Part shown: positions 1 through 12,700 of the stretch, one piece after another
Layout of the letters: each line of letters starts with the position of its first letter
Position numbering within the stretch: position 1 is the first letter of the stretch
NCBI RefSeq assembly: GCF_018350175.1
Contig: NC_058368.1
Span: forward strand, 77,874,001 to 77,938,000
From: Felis catus
Lineage: Eukaryota
Direction: 5' to 3'
Length of the DNA: 64,000 nt
Position numbers and translations under genes: made by a program
Notes under the pieces: generated by a model
Seen by the model: the letters and a program-made list of their open reading frames with translations, nothing else
The model's database searches: none
What the model was told of the DNA's origin: nothing

Positions 1-333
1 CTCCATTTTTTTCTTCCTCATATTGACAATCCTAGACCTGGCTGGATTGGCCAAGCATCTGTCAATTTTATTAATCTATTCAAAGAACCTATTTGGATAA
101 ACTTTGTCTATATAGAGTCAATCACTCAACATTTATATTCAATTTAATTAATGTCAATTCATATTTATCATTGTCTACCTAGGTTCTTTGAATGCGATGT
201 GCTCATGTTTCTCTGACTTCTGAGATGGTTACGGTTCACTGACTTTTCACTTTTCTTTTTTAGTAATGTACCTGTGGATAAAAATGTCCTTCCAAGTACA
301 GGTTTGACAACATTGGGCAACTTTTGATATATC

Positions 334-555
334 TTTTCTTTTTTAAGATTTTTTAACATTTTATTTTATTTTTTGAGAGACAGAGAGAGACAGAGCGTGA
401 GCAGGGGAAGGGTAGAGAGAGAGGGAGATACAGAATCCAGAGCAGGCTCCCCACTGTCAACACAGAGCCCGATGCGGGGCTCGAATTCATGAACCACGAG
501 ATCACGACCTGAGTCGAAGTTCGACATTTAACCGACTGAGCCACCCAGGCGCTCC
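334..555 (-). mobile_element. SINEC (felid CanSINE)
   Basis: Reverse tRNA-like head, (CT)n and A tail. TSD tgatatatc at 325-333 and 556-564. Confidence 0.95.
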
Positions 556-889
556 TGATATATCAAAGATATGAATCCTTTGCATGTGGTTAAGACTGAC
601 TTTATTTTTGTACTTAGCCTATGGTTAATTTTTGTATGTGCTTCAGATGAACTTAGGAAATGAGGTCAAGTTTGCTAATCATGCTGTTCAAATCCCCAAC
701 TCCTAATTTTTTTTCTGCTTGTTCTAACATTTTCTGAGGGAGGTAAGTTAAAGTTTTCTTCTAAGGTTGTGAAGTTGGCTGTTTTCCATTTTACTTGTAT
801 TATTATTTATTTTGAAGCTAGAATATTAGTTACCTCCATATTGTTACATCTTTCCATGAAATAATTTTTCGGTAGGAAATGCTATTATT

Positions 890-1117
890 GGGGCGCCTGG
901 GTGGCGCAGTCGGTTAAGCGTCCGACTTCAGCCAGGTCACGATCTCGCGGTCCGTGAGTTCGAGCCCCGCGTCAGGCTCTGGGCTGATGGCTCGGAGCCT
1001 GGAGCCTGTTTCTGATTCTGTGTCTCCCTCTCTCTCTGCCCCTCGCCCGTTCATGCTCTGTCTCTCTCTGTCCCAAAAAATAAATAAACGTTGAAAAAAA
1101 AATTAAAAAAAAAAAAA
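890..1117 (+). mobile_element. Young SINEC_Fc
   Basis: CpG-rich head ggggcgcctgggtggcgcagtcgg. TSD aggaaatgctattatt at 874-889 and 1118-1133. Confidence 0.97.
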
Positions 1118-2389
1118 AGGAAATGCTATTATTTATTATTTATACAGTCTACTTTGATTTCTGTTAGTATAACTAAGCCAGTTTTCTGTTTAGTCTTATA
1201 ATAGTTCTTTTCCCACTTCTTTACTTTCAATTGTTACCTTTAAGGTGTATCTGTCTGGATGTCATACAGTCATATATTGTATCTAATTCAATATTGTCAA
1301 GTGGAATATTTTGACTATATACGTTTTGCTGATTTTAATTGGTTTACTGATATGTTTGGGTTGATGTCTATCATATTACTATTTATAACCTATTTGACCT
1401 ATCCATTTAGTACTATTCCTGTTTTTGTTTTCTTGCCTTCATTTGACAAGGGACAGCTTTTTCCTCTTTTGCAGGCTCTGAACTCTAGCTTCTCTGTCCT
1501 TAGCATCATGAAAATGCTAGAGGAAAAAAAAAATCTTTACTTTTCAGCTATTTTAAGCGTGGCTTCTTAGACTCTTGCCCTGGGTGGCTAAATCAGCAAA
1601 TAACTCAAAAAGAGTGAGTGTTGGGCTCATTTCTTTGTGCCTCTCTTTTCCCTAGGTTCCTTGTTCCTGGGTCTCAAGACAAGGTTCAACTCCAAGTTTT
1701 CTCTTTCAAGCTCCAAGGCGCTGCAGAGAGCCCAGGTGCTTTCTCTGCCTCTCGTCAGCTGCTCTCGCTTGGCCTGAGTGCCTGGTCTGCTGTCCCCACA
1801 TCAGCAGTCGCCAGGCGCCACTATGGGAACAGGGACACAGCACAGTGAGTCTGGCTCATGCCGGTGTCCCTTCTTGCTTGGGCCATGGTCCTTTCAGTTC
1901 TGACTGCTTCGGGAGCAAATACCCTCAAACATTTTTTTTTTTTTTTTACCAATTTTGTATGACTATTCTAGTTCTCAGAAGGAGCACTGTCACTACAGAC
2001 TATCCCACCACAACTGGGGGATGGTTTTATGTCATAAATTGGAAACAGTAACATTCCCTACCTTGTTCTTCACACACACTCCCTGGATAACTGGCAGCTA
2101 TTTAGAGGCGGGGGGAAAGGTAACGAAAAAGGTCTAGACAGGTAAGAACCCTTCCCAATTCCAAAACGCTTGGAGGGTTTTTTAATGATGTGGTGAAATA
2201 AAATGCCACGAGATGGGATTCTAGTCTTCCCAACCACTGCCAAGCTGTTCCCTTAAAAAAAAATTATTAGATCTTTATCCTTTCCTTTTTATTGCTTATC
2301 ATCATCTTGTGCTATATTCTGCACAGTGTCCAATGATTTGATCATATGACTTACATTATTACCCTATACTTTATTACTGAGTGCAATAT

Positions 2390-3510
2390 TTGTTTTATGT
2401 GAATTATTACACTCTATGTAAAGTGTACAATAATGTATTTGATTTCTGAAAACTGAGTAGATCATGCAGAGTCTAGTATACCTCTGCCCCCAGTCAAAGT
2501 GTCCTGTATTCACATATCACACTAGTATATCTGTTAAAATTATTGAAACAATACTGCACTAGGATTAACTAAAGTCTGTCGTTTGCATTAGGGTTTACTC
2601 TCAGTGTGGTATGTTCTATGGTTTTAGTAATGAATAATGTCATGAATCTGTCATTATAAAATCATCTCACTGCCCTAAACATACCTTGTGTTTCACCTAT
2701 GTATCCTTCTCCTTCCCCCAAAAGGCAACCACTGACTTTATTACTGTCTCCACAGTTTTGTCCTTTCTAGAATGCCACACACTTGGAATCATACAGTACA
2801 TAGCCTTTTCAGACTGGCTTTTTTCACTTAGCAATATCCACTTAATGTTCATCCCTGTCTTTTCGTGGCTTGATGGGTCTTTTCTTTTGAGTACTAAATA
2901 ATATGCCATTGTATGGATGTACCAAAGTTTGTTTATCCATTGACATATTGTAGGACCTTCTGGCCGCTTCCACGTTTTGGCAATATGAACAAGCCTGCTA
3001 TAAACGTTCATGTGCAGGATTGTGTGTGCATATAAGTTTTCAACGCATTTGGGTACCTACCAAGGAGAATGACTGCTGGATCATACGGTATGAGTATGCT
3101 TAATTTAGTAAGAAACTGCCAAGCCATATTCCACAGTAGCTGTACCATTTTGCATTACCACCAGCAATGAATGAGAGAGTTCCTGCTTTTCCACAGCCTT
3201 ACCACAGCCTTACCAGCATTTGGTGGTGTCAGTGTTTTGGATTCTAACAACGCCAATAGGTACATAGAGGTGTTTCATTGTTGTTTAAATTAGCAATGCC
3301 CAAAGGACCCATGCTGTTGAGCATCTTTTCATATTCCATCTGAATATCTTCTTTGCTGACAAGTCTGTTCAGACTCTTTGCCCGTTTTTCAGTTGGGTGG
3401 TTTGTTTTCTTAGGATTGAGTTTTTGCATATTTTGGGTACAAGTCTTTTATCAGGTATGCGTTTTATAAATATTTCTCCCAGTCTATGCTTTGTTTTCTT
3501 CCTTCTCTTT
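2390..3510 (-). mobile_element. Old L1 (L1MB/MC-like) 3' end
   Basis: ORFs 2697-3011 and 3244-3429 resemble the L1 ORF2 C-terminus (WINKLWYIHTMAYY). Confidence 0.75.
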
Positions 3511-4347
3511 AACATCACTGTTTTAAAATGTTAAGATGATATTACCAGCTACACTATCCACACGCTTTGTTCCTTTACTTTTCATCTCATTCTGTGGGAA
3601 CTTACAATTTTCACTGTTTACAGAGATCTTCAGAATCTTCAAATGGAGACTCTGATTTCTTGAATCTAGAGATTAAAATGTCAAGATACATACAAATATA
3701 TAGAGCTATGTTCTATTTACACCAAAAACATTCTTAAAGATTACCCTTTGGCTTTATATCTTGCACAATACAATTTACATACATAGGTTTTTTTAGATGT
3801 ACTTACTGTGTAGTTATTATTTTTTCCCAAGTTATATTTTTGTATAAGATTATTAAATCAGATGTTTCCTTTGTCAAGCATTTACATTTGAATTCTGGGT
3901 TATAGAATTAATTTCTTTCATTTAATTACTTGTCCATGAGGCATATTACCAGATACTGCATATGTTTACAAGTATCCAATCTTTTTAAAGTGCAAATAAT
4001 ACTCTTCACAAAAGTAAGAAATTGATCAGTCACAGGAGAAAAACAAGAACAGTGAACATATCCTGAAGAATTATTTTTTTAAAAAGTCATGCTATATTAT
4101 AGGGTAGTTAAAAGGTAAGCTATAGCTGAGATAGTCCAGGTGATTTAACGTTTTATAAAGCAGATATTCTTTTAGGAAACCTGGTATTTTGTAACGTGCT
4201 GGGTCCTAGAGTCCATACTACAAAGATGATCCTAAGCACAATTTGACAGGCACAGAACAGGCCCTGGGTCCTAACAGCCAGCTTGTCTTTTAGAAATATA
4301 ATTCTGCACAGCCTGTGGCTACTCCAGCCTATAAAATATGGGGGCAG

Positions 4348-4560
4348 GGGGCACCTGGGTGCCTCAGTCAGTTGAGCTTCTGACTCTTGATTTTAGCCCA
4401 GGTCATGATCCCAGGGTTGTGGGATTGAGCCCATGTTGGGCTTTGCAGTGAGTGTGGAGCCTGCCTGGAATCTCTCTCCTCCCTCTGAGCCTCTCACCTG
4501 CTCTCTCTCTCTCTCTGTCTCTCTAAAATAAAAATAACTAAATAAAAATTTAAAAATAAA
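4348..4560 (+). mobile_element. SINEC (older subfamily)
   Basis: ggggcacctgggtgcctcagtc head, (CT)n and A-rich tail. Confidence 0.9.
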
Positions 4561-6944
4561 CTATGGAACTTAAAAGGAGGATTATAGGTTGAAAAGAACA
4601 CTTGATAATATGCTCTCAATGTTAAAGAGATTAAACTTACTCTGCCCATCTCTTCATTCTTAAAATGAGAATTTTAAACCTGGTGGTTAAGTCCAGAATT
4701 TGAGGAATTAGTGCCAATTAAGGCATATCCTACATGGTTATTAATAATATGCTGCTGATCTGCCTGAAAAAATGAAGCAGACACAGATGCTTCCCAAGTT
4801 AGTATCAGCGTTTGCAAAGGAAGGTCATGTCCGTTTCCGTGGCGCTGGCGGTCTCAGGGTTGGAAGGGACCTTGGGTTTGGCTTCCAGACCGGGCCCAGT
4901 GGAGGGTGCAAGCAGGCTGCAGCGCGCGGGGTAGTGATTTAGTCTCCTCTAACAAAACCAGCTAACTCATTCTTGGGGGATATTTGAATAGTAGTTTCTG
5001 CTTATGGAAGCATTACAAATCCATTACTGAATTCAATCTTAACAACTTACAAGAGAAAAATAAGTTACTGTCCTATTTTATATATGGGAAGAGAGAGAGA
5101 GAGATGGAGAGAGAGAGAGAGAGAAGGGACTTGCCCAGGGTTGTACAGTGTGCTACCACTGAGTTAAGACATTTGGTCCAGGTTCCTTCCATCCTTATTC
5201 TTCGTTTGTGCAGAGCAATAATCAGGAAGCCCTGGACACTGGTCACATCAGGTCTTCTTAAAACCCTTTCGCTATTCTAACAGGATAATGCCGAAGCGTT
5301 GAGTTACCCAGCTCAGTTTTGTATTATCTCATTTAAAGGACTGAGGTTTTCATCAGTATGTTGAGTCTCAGAGACTTGATTTGTTTCTGGGAGGGGGTGG
5401 GGTGGGGGAAATTCCTGAAACACACAGAAACCTGCATATGAAAGTGTTAGGACTGCCTCTGCAGTTACAAGAGTGAGAAACCTGATGGATGCAAGCATTG
5501 AACAGAGAACTGAAAACTAGCCTGCTCAGTGGAATAGCATATTATTTACCTCTGAAATGGAATGAATGGTTTCAGCTTGCTTATTGCTTTTCAGGAAAGG
5601 AAACAAAAGCCCCACCCACAACCACCCCTTCCAGCAAGTCCAACGGTCTCTGAACACAGCCGGATCCTCAGAGCATGATGTTCCTAAAGAACTGTTCCAC
5701 GGCGCTGGGTTTCCAGTTAATGTGCATTTGAAGATTATTAAATCTCAAGTACTAACATCTAGTCCCATCGAAATAAGATTCAGGATTGAGCAAAGGAGAG
5801 CGGATGATCTTCCCATCCTGATGTTCAGATGTTTAACTGGGGCTGTGGAGAGTGCCCCCTGGGAGTACAACAAAGCCGATTTTAAACTTGGAAGGTTTCC
5901 TTTTTCATGAATGTGAGATCATACACAAGAAGAAGTAATATGTGACTTCAAAAACTCTTTAGGGATGTAGGTCTGATCATCTCTATAAATACCTTTTTAT
6001 GCTTTAATGAAAAAAATAAACTGAGTTATGATGAGTTCTATTGTTATGATGAGTTCTATTGTATTACTTTTTTATTTACTTCATCTTCAGATTGAGGAAT
6101 CTACTGGTCAAAACACGCTGTTACTTGGATTTAAAGTATTTTGCAACCTAATGTGACAGAGCAGGTGAGAGGGGAAAATATAAAAATAATTAAGACACAA
6201 GGTAGCAAACAGGAAAATAATAGCCACATGTGTTCATATTATCAAATTACTAAATGCACTTGGAATTGCACTGTCGATACAGAACTTTACCTTTGGAAAT
6301 ACTTTATTGGTTATTCCCTTGTTACAATATGGAAACACCCACGATTACAAGCACTGTATCATTTGAGGTCTCATATCGTAGCATCCTGATTTTATCTGCA
6401 ACTTGCTCTATGCCCACTGGGTTCACTTGCTTTTTCCCCTTTCCTGCCATCTGCCAACTATGTTTCCACAGAGGCAAATGAGGGTCAGAGTAATAAATTT
6501 CATTCTCCAAAGTTTCCAGATTGGGAATAAGTATCACATCCCCCCCTACTTGTCAGGAAATAAAATTGCAACACAAAAGCATTTTTTGGTAATGTGAACC
6601 TTTGGTGATGTGATGATGAAACACCAGCAAAATAGTCTTGATTTGTTTCTAATAGCATTTCTTGCTTTGAGAATTAAGTGCACCATTATCGGGCCTGCAC
6701 AAGATTATTTAATAGAACCGTGGTTCTCCATCTCTTTTTCTACTATAGAAACTCAAAACATAGCAATCGAAAGAGGCAAAAAACACACAAAAAAATTCTT
6801 AAGGCATCCTTATGGTTCTATGCTTTCATCCAAGTCTTAGATATCATGCTGTGGCTGAAATAATTAAATTAAAAAGAAGGAGAAATTTTTTTCAGTTAAG
6901 AGTCTCTCACAGTGGGAAAAGGAACATTAAAATATAGCAGTCAA

Positions 6945-7160
6945 GGGGCGCCTGGGTGGCTCAGTCGGTTGAGCATCTGACTTCAGCTCAGGTCATGAAC
7001 TTGCGATTTGTGAGTACGAGCCCCGCGTCAGGCTCTGTGCTGACAGCTCAGAGCCTGGAGCTGCTTCTAATTCTGTGTCTCCCTCTCTCTCTGCCCCTCC
7101 CCTGCTCATGCTCCGTCTCTCTCTGTCTCTCAAAAATAAATAAAATGTTAAAAAAAAATT
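6945..7160 (+). mobile_element. SINEC_Fc
   Basis: Full head and tail. TSD aaaata(t/c)agcagtcaa. Confidence 0.95.
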
Positions 7161-9239
7161 AAAATACAGCAGTCAAACTTGGAAACCCTCTACTTTATTC
7201 TAGAAAACCCAATAAAAAGTACACATTGTTTAAAACAAAACACCTAAGTTCTGACCTCCATGATATTTTTTCTTCACACTTAAAGATTCCGGTACTGTGA
7301 TTCTGCAGTTTTGTTAATGATTAATTTGTGTAATTTCTAGAAGCAGATATGCTGGATGAAATCCAATCTCTTCAGAAAACAAAGGCCATTCCTTAAAAAA
7401 GAATGGCATCAGAAAATTTCATTTATCTTTAATAACAATAAAAGGTACTCTGTTACTGGGGAGAAAATAGATTGACATAAAACAATTTGGAGCTACTTGC
7501 ATGGAACGTAGGCATCACTGACCTTGATTTCATTATTACCATTGAATCATCTGATACTCTCAGCCAATCTGATAATTTTCAACAGCCTACCAATCGCATG
7601 AATCACGAATCGTAAGAAATCAGAAAAAAAAAAAACAGAATATCTTACACGTTCTTAAAGGTTTTTACCAATTTCATTATGTAGTTTTTTGCTAAAGCTA
7701 ATATAAGAAGTATTAAATGTGTCTATGCTCCTGACTTTGCTGGATAAGAAAAATAAAGAAAAAAAATCAGTACTTTCCTGAGTTCCAGACGAATACCATA
7801 TTGTTTTGCTAACCTTTGTCTCCCTAAGTTTTGGTTGCCATCTCTCTGAAAACCAGACCGCTGAATGAAATTGGTACTCTTTTGAATGTGCAGAAAATTC
7901 TTCATGTATTTCAAAGCCTTCTTGGCAGAGGCGAGGTGTTTGTGTATGCTGCTGTTATTGTGTATAACTGTGTGGGAGCCTGGTATCTGGTAGGGATCAG
8001 AGTACCAAGAGAAGGGTACGCGTTATTAAAATAAATGCAATATTCATCTCTGCAAATACTCGAACACAACAAAGTAATGGTCAAACTACCAAGCAGCACT
8101 CTCTAACCTCAGACCCTATCAGAAGGTACACTGCTACAGGAAATAAGACAGATGCAATAAAATGAAAACGAAGAGAATGAAGAACATGGGCAAAAAATCA
8201 AATAGGCAACTATCTATGTGACTAAATGTCATTGTTTGGTCAATACTAATTTTGGTAATATTAAAATGAAAAATAAGATGTTGACTTTGATTCAAACACG
8301 ATTTACAGAAATTAAATATATAAGCATACTTAATAACGCCCAAGGGAAGGATCCTTAAAACATTAGGTCCAATATGTTCTTAGTCCACTTATTTTGTTAA
8401 ATTCCTCCATCAGGATGTCTTAAGGCCAGTAACTAATTATTTTGAAATAAAACAACTTGAAAAATCCCAGTAATTCTGCACGGGTCTCTTAAATAGATGG
8501 AGTTTATTTACGTACACTATGCAATTTGAATATCTACTCAGAAGACCCATGTTGTTCCAAAATTGTATTTCATTTGCATGGTATCTCTTAGATTACACAA
8601 GTTAAATCTATTTAAATTGCAAAATTGTTACATATATATAGCAACGCTTAAAGCTTTCTATTTGCACTTCCGCTTTTACTGCAAACATGAGAAGGATGCC
8701 ATCAGCAAGGTACTATCTGAAGACTCATAGATGTTGGAGCTAATAAATACATTTTAAAAGCAATACATATTGCTTTTAAAAGCAATCAATATTGATGATT
8801 ATTTTATAATGGTTGTCTCTCTATAATATATATGCACTCTGCTTTAAAGAAAAATTTAAAATTTAAACAGGTGGTAGCAAATGGGCATTAGCTAACAGAA
8901 ATGTAGCACCCAAAACTATTCCTTTCTGGATTTTCTAGTGTGCCTAGCTTTTGAGTTTTACTGGTAGCCCAATAACTGACTAATACACTCTCTTGTTTCA
9001 TATATTTTTGTAGGAGGAGAAGGTAATTGGGGATTACCCAATTGTGAAGCCAGTTCTCTGAAAGCTTCCTGACTACTGAAAGAGAAAATTAAATGAATTT
9101 GGTGATGGGAAGAATTACCTACTAATTATCTGGCTATTTTTACACTGGGCCATAATTTATCTTAGTTCCTAGCAATCAAATGCTGATAAATATAATCAAG
9201 GCATTGTTATTCTTTGCATGAAGCAGATTTTCTCTCTTA

Positions 9240-9668
9240 AAAAATGTTAATTCCAGTAGAGAAAAGACACACTGTTATATTAGTTTCAGGTGTACAATAC
9301 AGTGTTTCAACAGCTGTATACATCACTCAGTGCCCACTGTGATTGTATAATCTGACTCCTCATTACATCAATCTGACCCCGCATTTCACACATCCACTCC
9401 CACCGGTAACCACCAGTTTGTTCCCTATAGTTAAGAGTCTTTTTTTAGTTTGTCTTTTTTTTGTGTATTCATCTGTTTTGTTTCTTAAATTCTGCATATG
9501 AGTGAAATCATATAGTATTTGTCTTTCTCTGACTTATTTCACTTAGCATTGTACTCTCTAGCTCCATCCATGCCTTGCAAATGGCAAGGTTTCATTCCTT
9601 TTGATGGCTGAGTAATATTCTATTGAAAATATTCTGAGTAATATTTTATATATATACATACATATATA

Positions 9669-9729
<61 letters not shown>

Positions 9730-12700
9730 TCTTCTTTATCCATTCATGGGCAGCTTTCATAATTTGGCTTTTGTAGATAATGCTGCTATAAGCACACGGG
9801 TGCATGTATCCCTTTGAATTAGTGTTGTTGTATTCTTTGGGCAAATACCCAGTGTGCGATTACTGGATCCTAGGGTAGTTCTATTTTTCACTTTTTGAGG
9901 TATCTCCAGACTGTTTTCCACAGTGGCTGCACCAGATTGCATTCCCACCAAAAGTGCATAAGGGTTCCTTTCTTTCCGAATCCTTACCAACGCCTGTTGT
10001 TTCTTGTGTTTTTTACTTGAGCCATTCTGGCAAGTGTCAGGTAATATCTCATTGTGGTTTTGTTATGCATTTCCCTGATGATGAATGATATTGAGCATCT
10101 TTTCACGTGTCTGTTAGCCATCTGGATGTCTTCTTTCAAGAAATGTGTATTCATGTCTTCTGCCCATTTCTCAATTGGGTTATTTGTGTGTTTTTTTCTG
10201 TTTGTTTGTTTTGAGTTGTACAAGTTCTTTATATGTTTTAGATACTAATCCTTTATCTCTATGTCATTTGCAAACATCTTCTCCCATTCTTCATGTTGTC
10301 TTTTAGTTTTGTTGATTGTTTCCTTTGCTGTGCAGGTTTCTTTCATTTTGATGTAGTCCCAATAGTTAATTTTTTCTTTGTTTCTCTTGTCTCAGAAGAT
10401 ATATTTAAAATATATATATTTGTATAGTTGATGTCAGAGAAATTACTGCCTGTGCTCTCTTCTAGGATTTTTGTGGTTTCAGGCCTCACATTTAGATCCT
10501 TAATCCATTTTTACTTTGTTTTTTGTATGGTGTAAAGAATGGTCTAGTTTCACTCTTTTGCATGTAGCTGTCCAGTTGTCCTCTAACATCACGGTCTTAT
10601 CCCATTGAATCTTTTTTCCTCCTTTGTGGAAGATCAATTAACCATATAGTTATGGATTTATTTCTGGGCTTGGTATTCTGTTTCATTGATCTGTCTATTT
10701 TTGTGCTAGTATCATACCGTTTTGATTAGTAAACCTTTGTAGTATACCTTGAAATCTAAGATTGCGATACCTCCAGTTTTGTTCTTTTTCAAGACAGTTT
10801 TGGCTACTTGGGATCTTTTATGATCATGTACAAATTTTAGGACAGTTTGTTCTAGTTCTGGGAAAAATGCTTTCGGTATTTTGATAGGGGTCACATTAAA
10901 TATAGATTGTTTTTATACACATTTTGACAATATTTGTCCTTCCAATCCATGAATATGGAATCTCTTTCCATTTGTTTGTGTCATCTTCAGTTTCTTTCAT
11001 CCATATTTTATAGTTTTCAGAGTATAGGTCTTTTACCTCCTAGTTAAGTTTATTTCTAGTCATTTTCTTATTTTTGGTGCAACTGTAAATGGGATTGTTT
11101 TCTCAATTTCTCTTTCTGCTACTCCATTATTAATGTATAGAAATCCAATGGATTTATGTGTATTTATTTTGTATCCTGTGACCTTAATGAATTCATTTAT
11201 TACTTCTGGTAGTTTGTTGGTGGGGTCTTTAGGGTTTTCTATATACAGTATTATCTCATGTGCAAAGAGTGAACATCATACTTCTCTACCAATTTGGATG
11301 CCTTTAATTCTTTTTTCTTATCTGATTGCTGTGGCTAGGACTTCCAGTATTATGTTAAATAAAAGTGGTGAGAGTATACATCCTTGTCTTGCTCCTGATG
11401 TTAGGTGAAAAGCTTCATTTTTTTCACCATTGCCTATGATATTAGCTGTGGGTTTTTTTATATAGGGCTTTATTACACTGAGGTATGCTCCCTCTAAACT
11501 TACTTTGTTGAGGATTTTATCACGAAGGGGTGATGTACTTTCTCAAATGCTTTTTCTGCATCTATTGAAATGACATGTGGTTTTTATCCTTTCTCTTGTT
11601 GATGTGTTGTATCACATTGACCAATTTGTGAATATTGAACCATACTTGTACTTCAGGAATAAATCCCACTTGATTGTGGTGAGTGAATTTTTAAATATAT
11701 TGTTGCATTTAATTTGCTAATGTTTTGTTAAGTACTTCACATTTATGTTCATCAGAGTTGTTGGCCTATAGGTCTCTTTTTTTGGAGTGTCTTTATCTGG
11801 TTTTGGTATCAGGGCAATGATGACCTCATAGAATGAATTCAGAAGTCTTCCTGTTCTGTTTTTTGGAATAGTCAGAAAAGAATGGGTGTTAACTCTTCTT
11901 TAAATGTTTGATAAAATCACCTGTGAAGCCATCTGATACTGGACTTTTGCTTGTTGGGAGTTGAATTTTGTTTTGTTTTGTTTTTACTGTCAATTCCATT
12001 GCTGGTAATAGATCTGTCCAAATTTTCTTTCTTCTTCATTCAGTTTTGGGAGTTTCTATGTTTCTAGAAATTTATTCATTTCTTCTACGTTGTCCAATTT
12101 GTTGGCATATAATTTTCCATAATGTTCTGTTATGCCCTTTGTATTTTTGTGGTGTCAGTTGCTATTTCTCCTCTTTCACTTCTGATTCTGAGTCCTTGAT
12201 TTTTTAATGAGTTTGGCTAGATGGTTAGCAATTTTGTTGATCTTTTTAAAGAACCAGCTCCTGGTTTCACTGATTGGTTCTATTGTTTTTTTGTTTTGTT
12301 TTGTTTATAGTTTCTATTTCACTTATTTCTTTCTGCTCTAATCTTTATTATTTCCTTCCTTCTACTGGTTTGGGGTTTTGTCTCTTCTTTTTCTAGTTCT
12401 GGTAGGTGTAAAATTAGATTGTTTATTTGAGATATTTCTTGCTTCCTGAGGTAGGCTTGTACTGCTATAAACTTCCCCCTTGGAACAGCTTTTGCTGCAT
12501 TCCAAAGATTTTGGACTCTTGTTAATTCATTTTCAGTTACCTCCATGTATTTTTTTTTATTTCCTCTTTTATTTTTTGGTTGACCCATTCACTGTTTAGT
12601 AGCATGTTATTTAACTGCCATGTAAGTGTGCTATTTCCAGATTTGTTTCTTGTGGTCGATTTCAAGTTTCATAGTATTGTGGTTGGAAAAGATGCATCAC

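Larger units (their letters stand above)
1..1400 (-). mobile_element. Highly decayed old L1 fragments, split by two SINEs
   Basis: T-rich sequence resembling antisense L1 ORF2 (e.g. tttattaatctattcaaagaacc). Confidence 0.5.

Noticed and set aside
890..970. tRNA gene-like A/B boxes
   Set aside because: These are tRNA-derived SINE heads followed by CT repeats and A tails, not tRNA genes.
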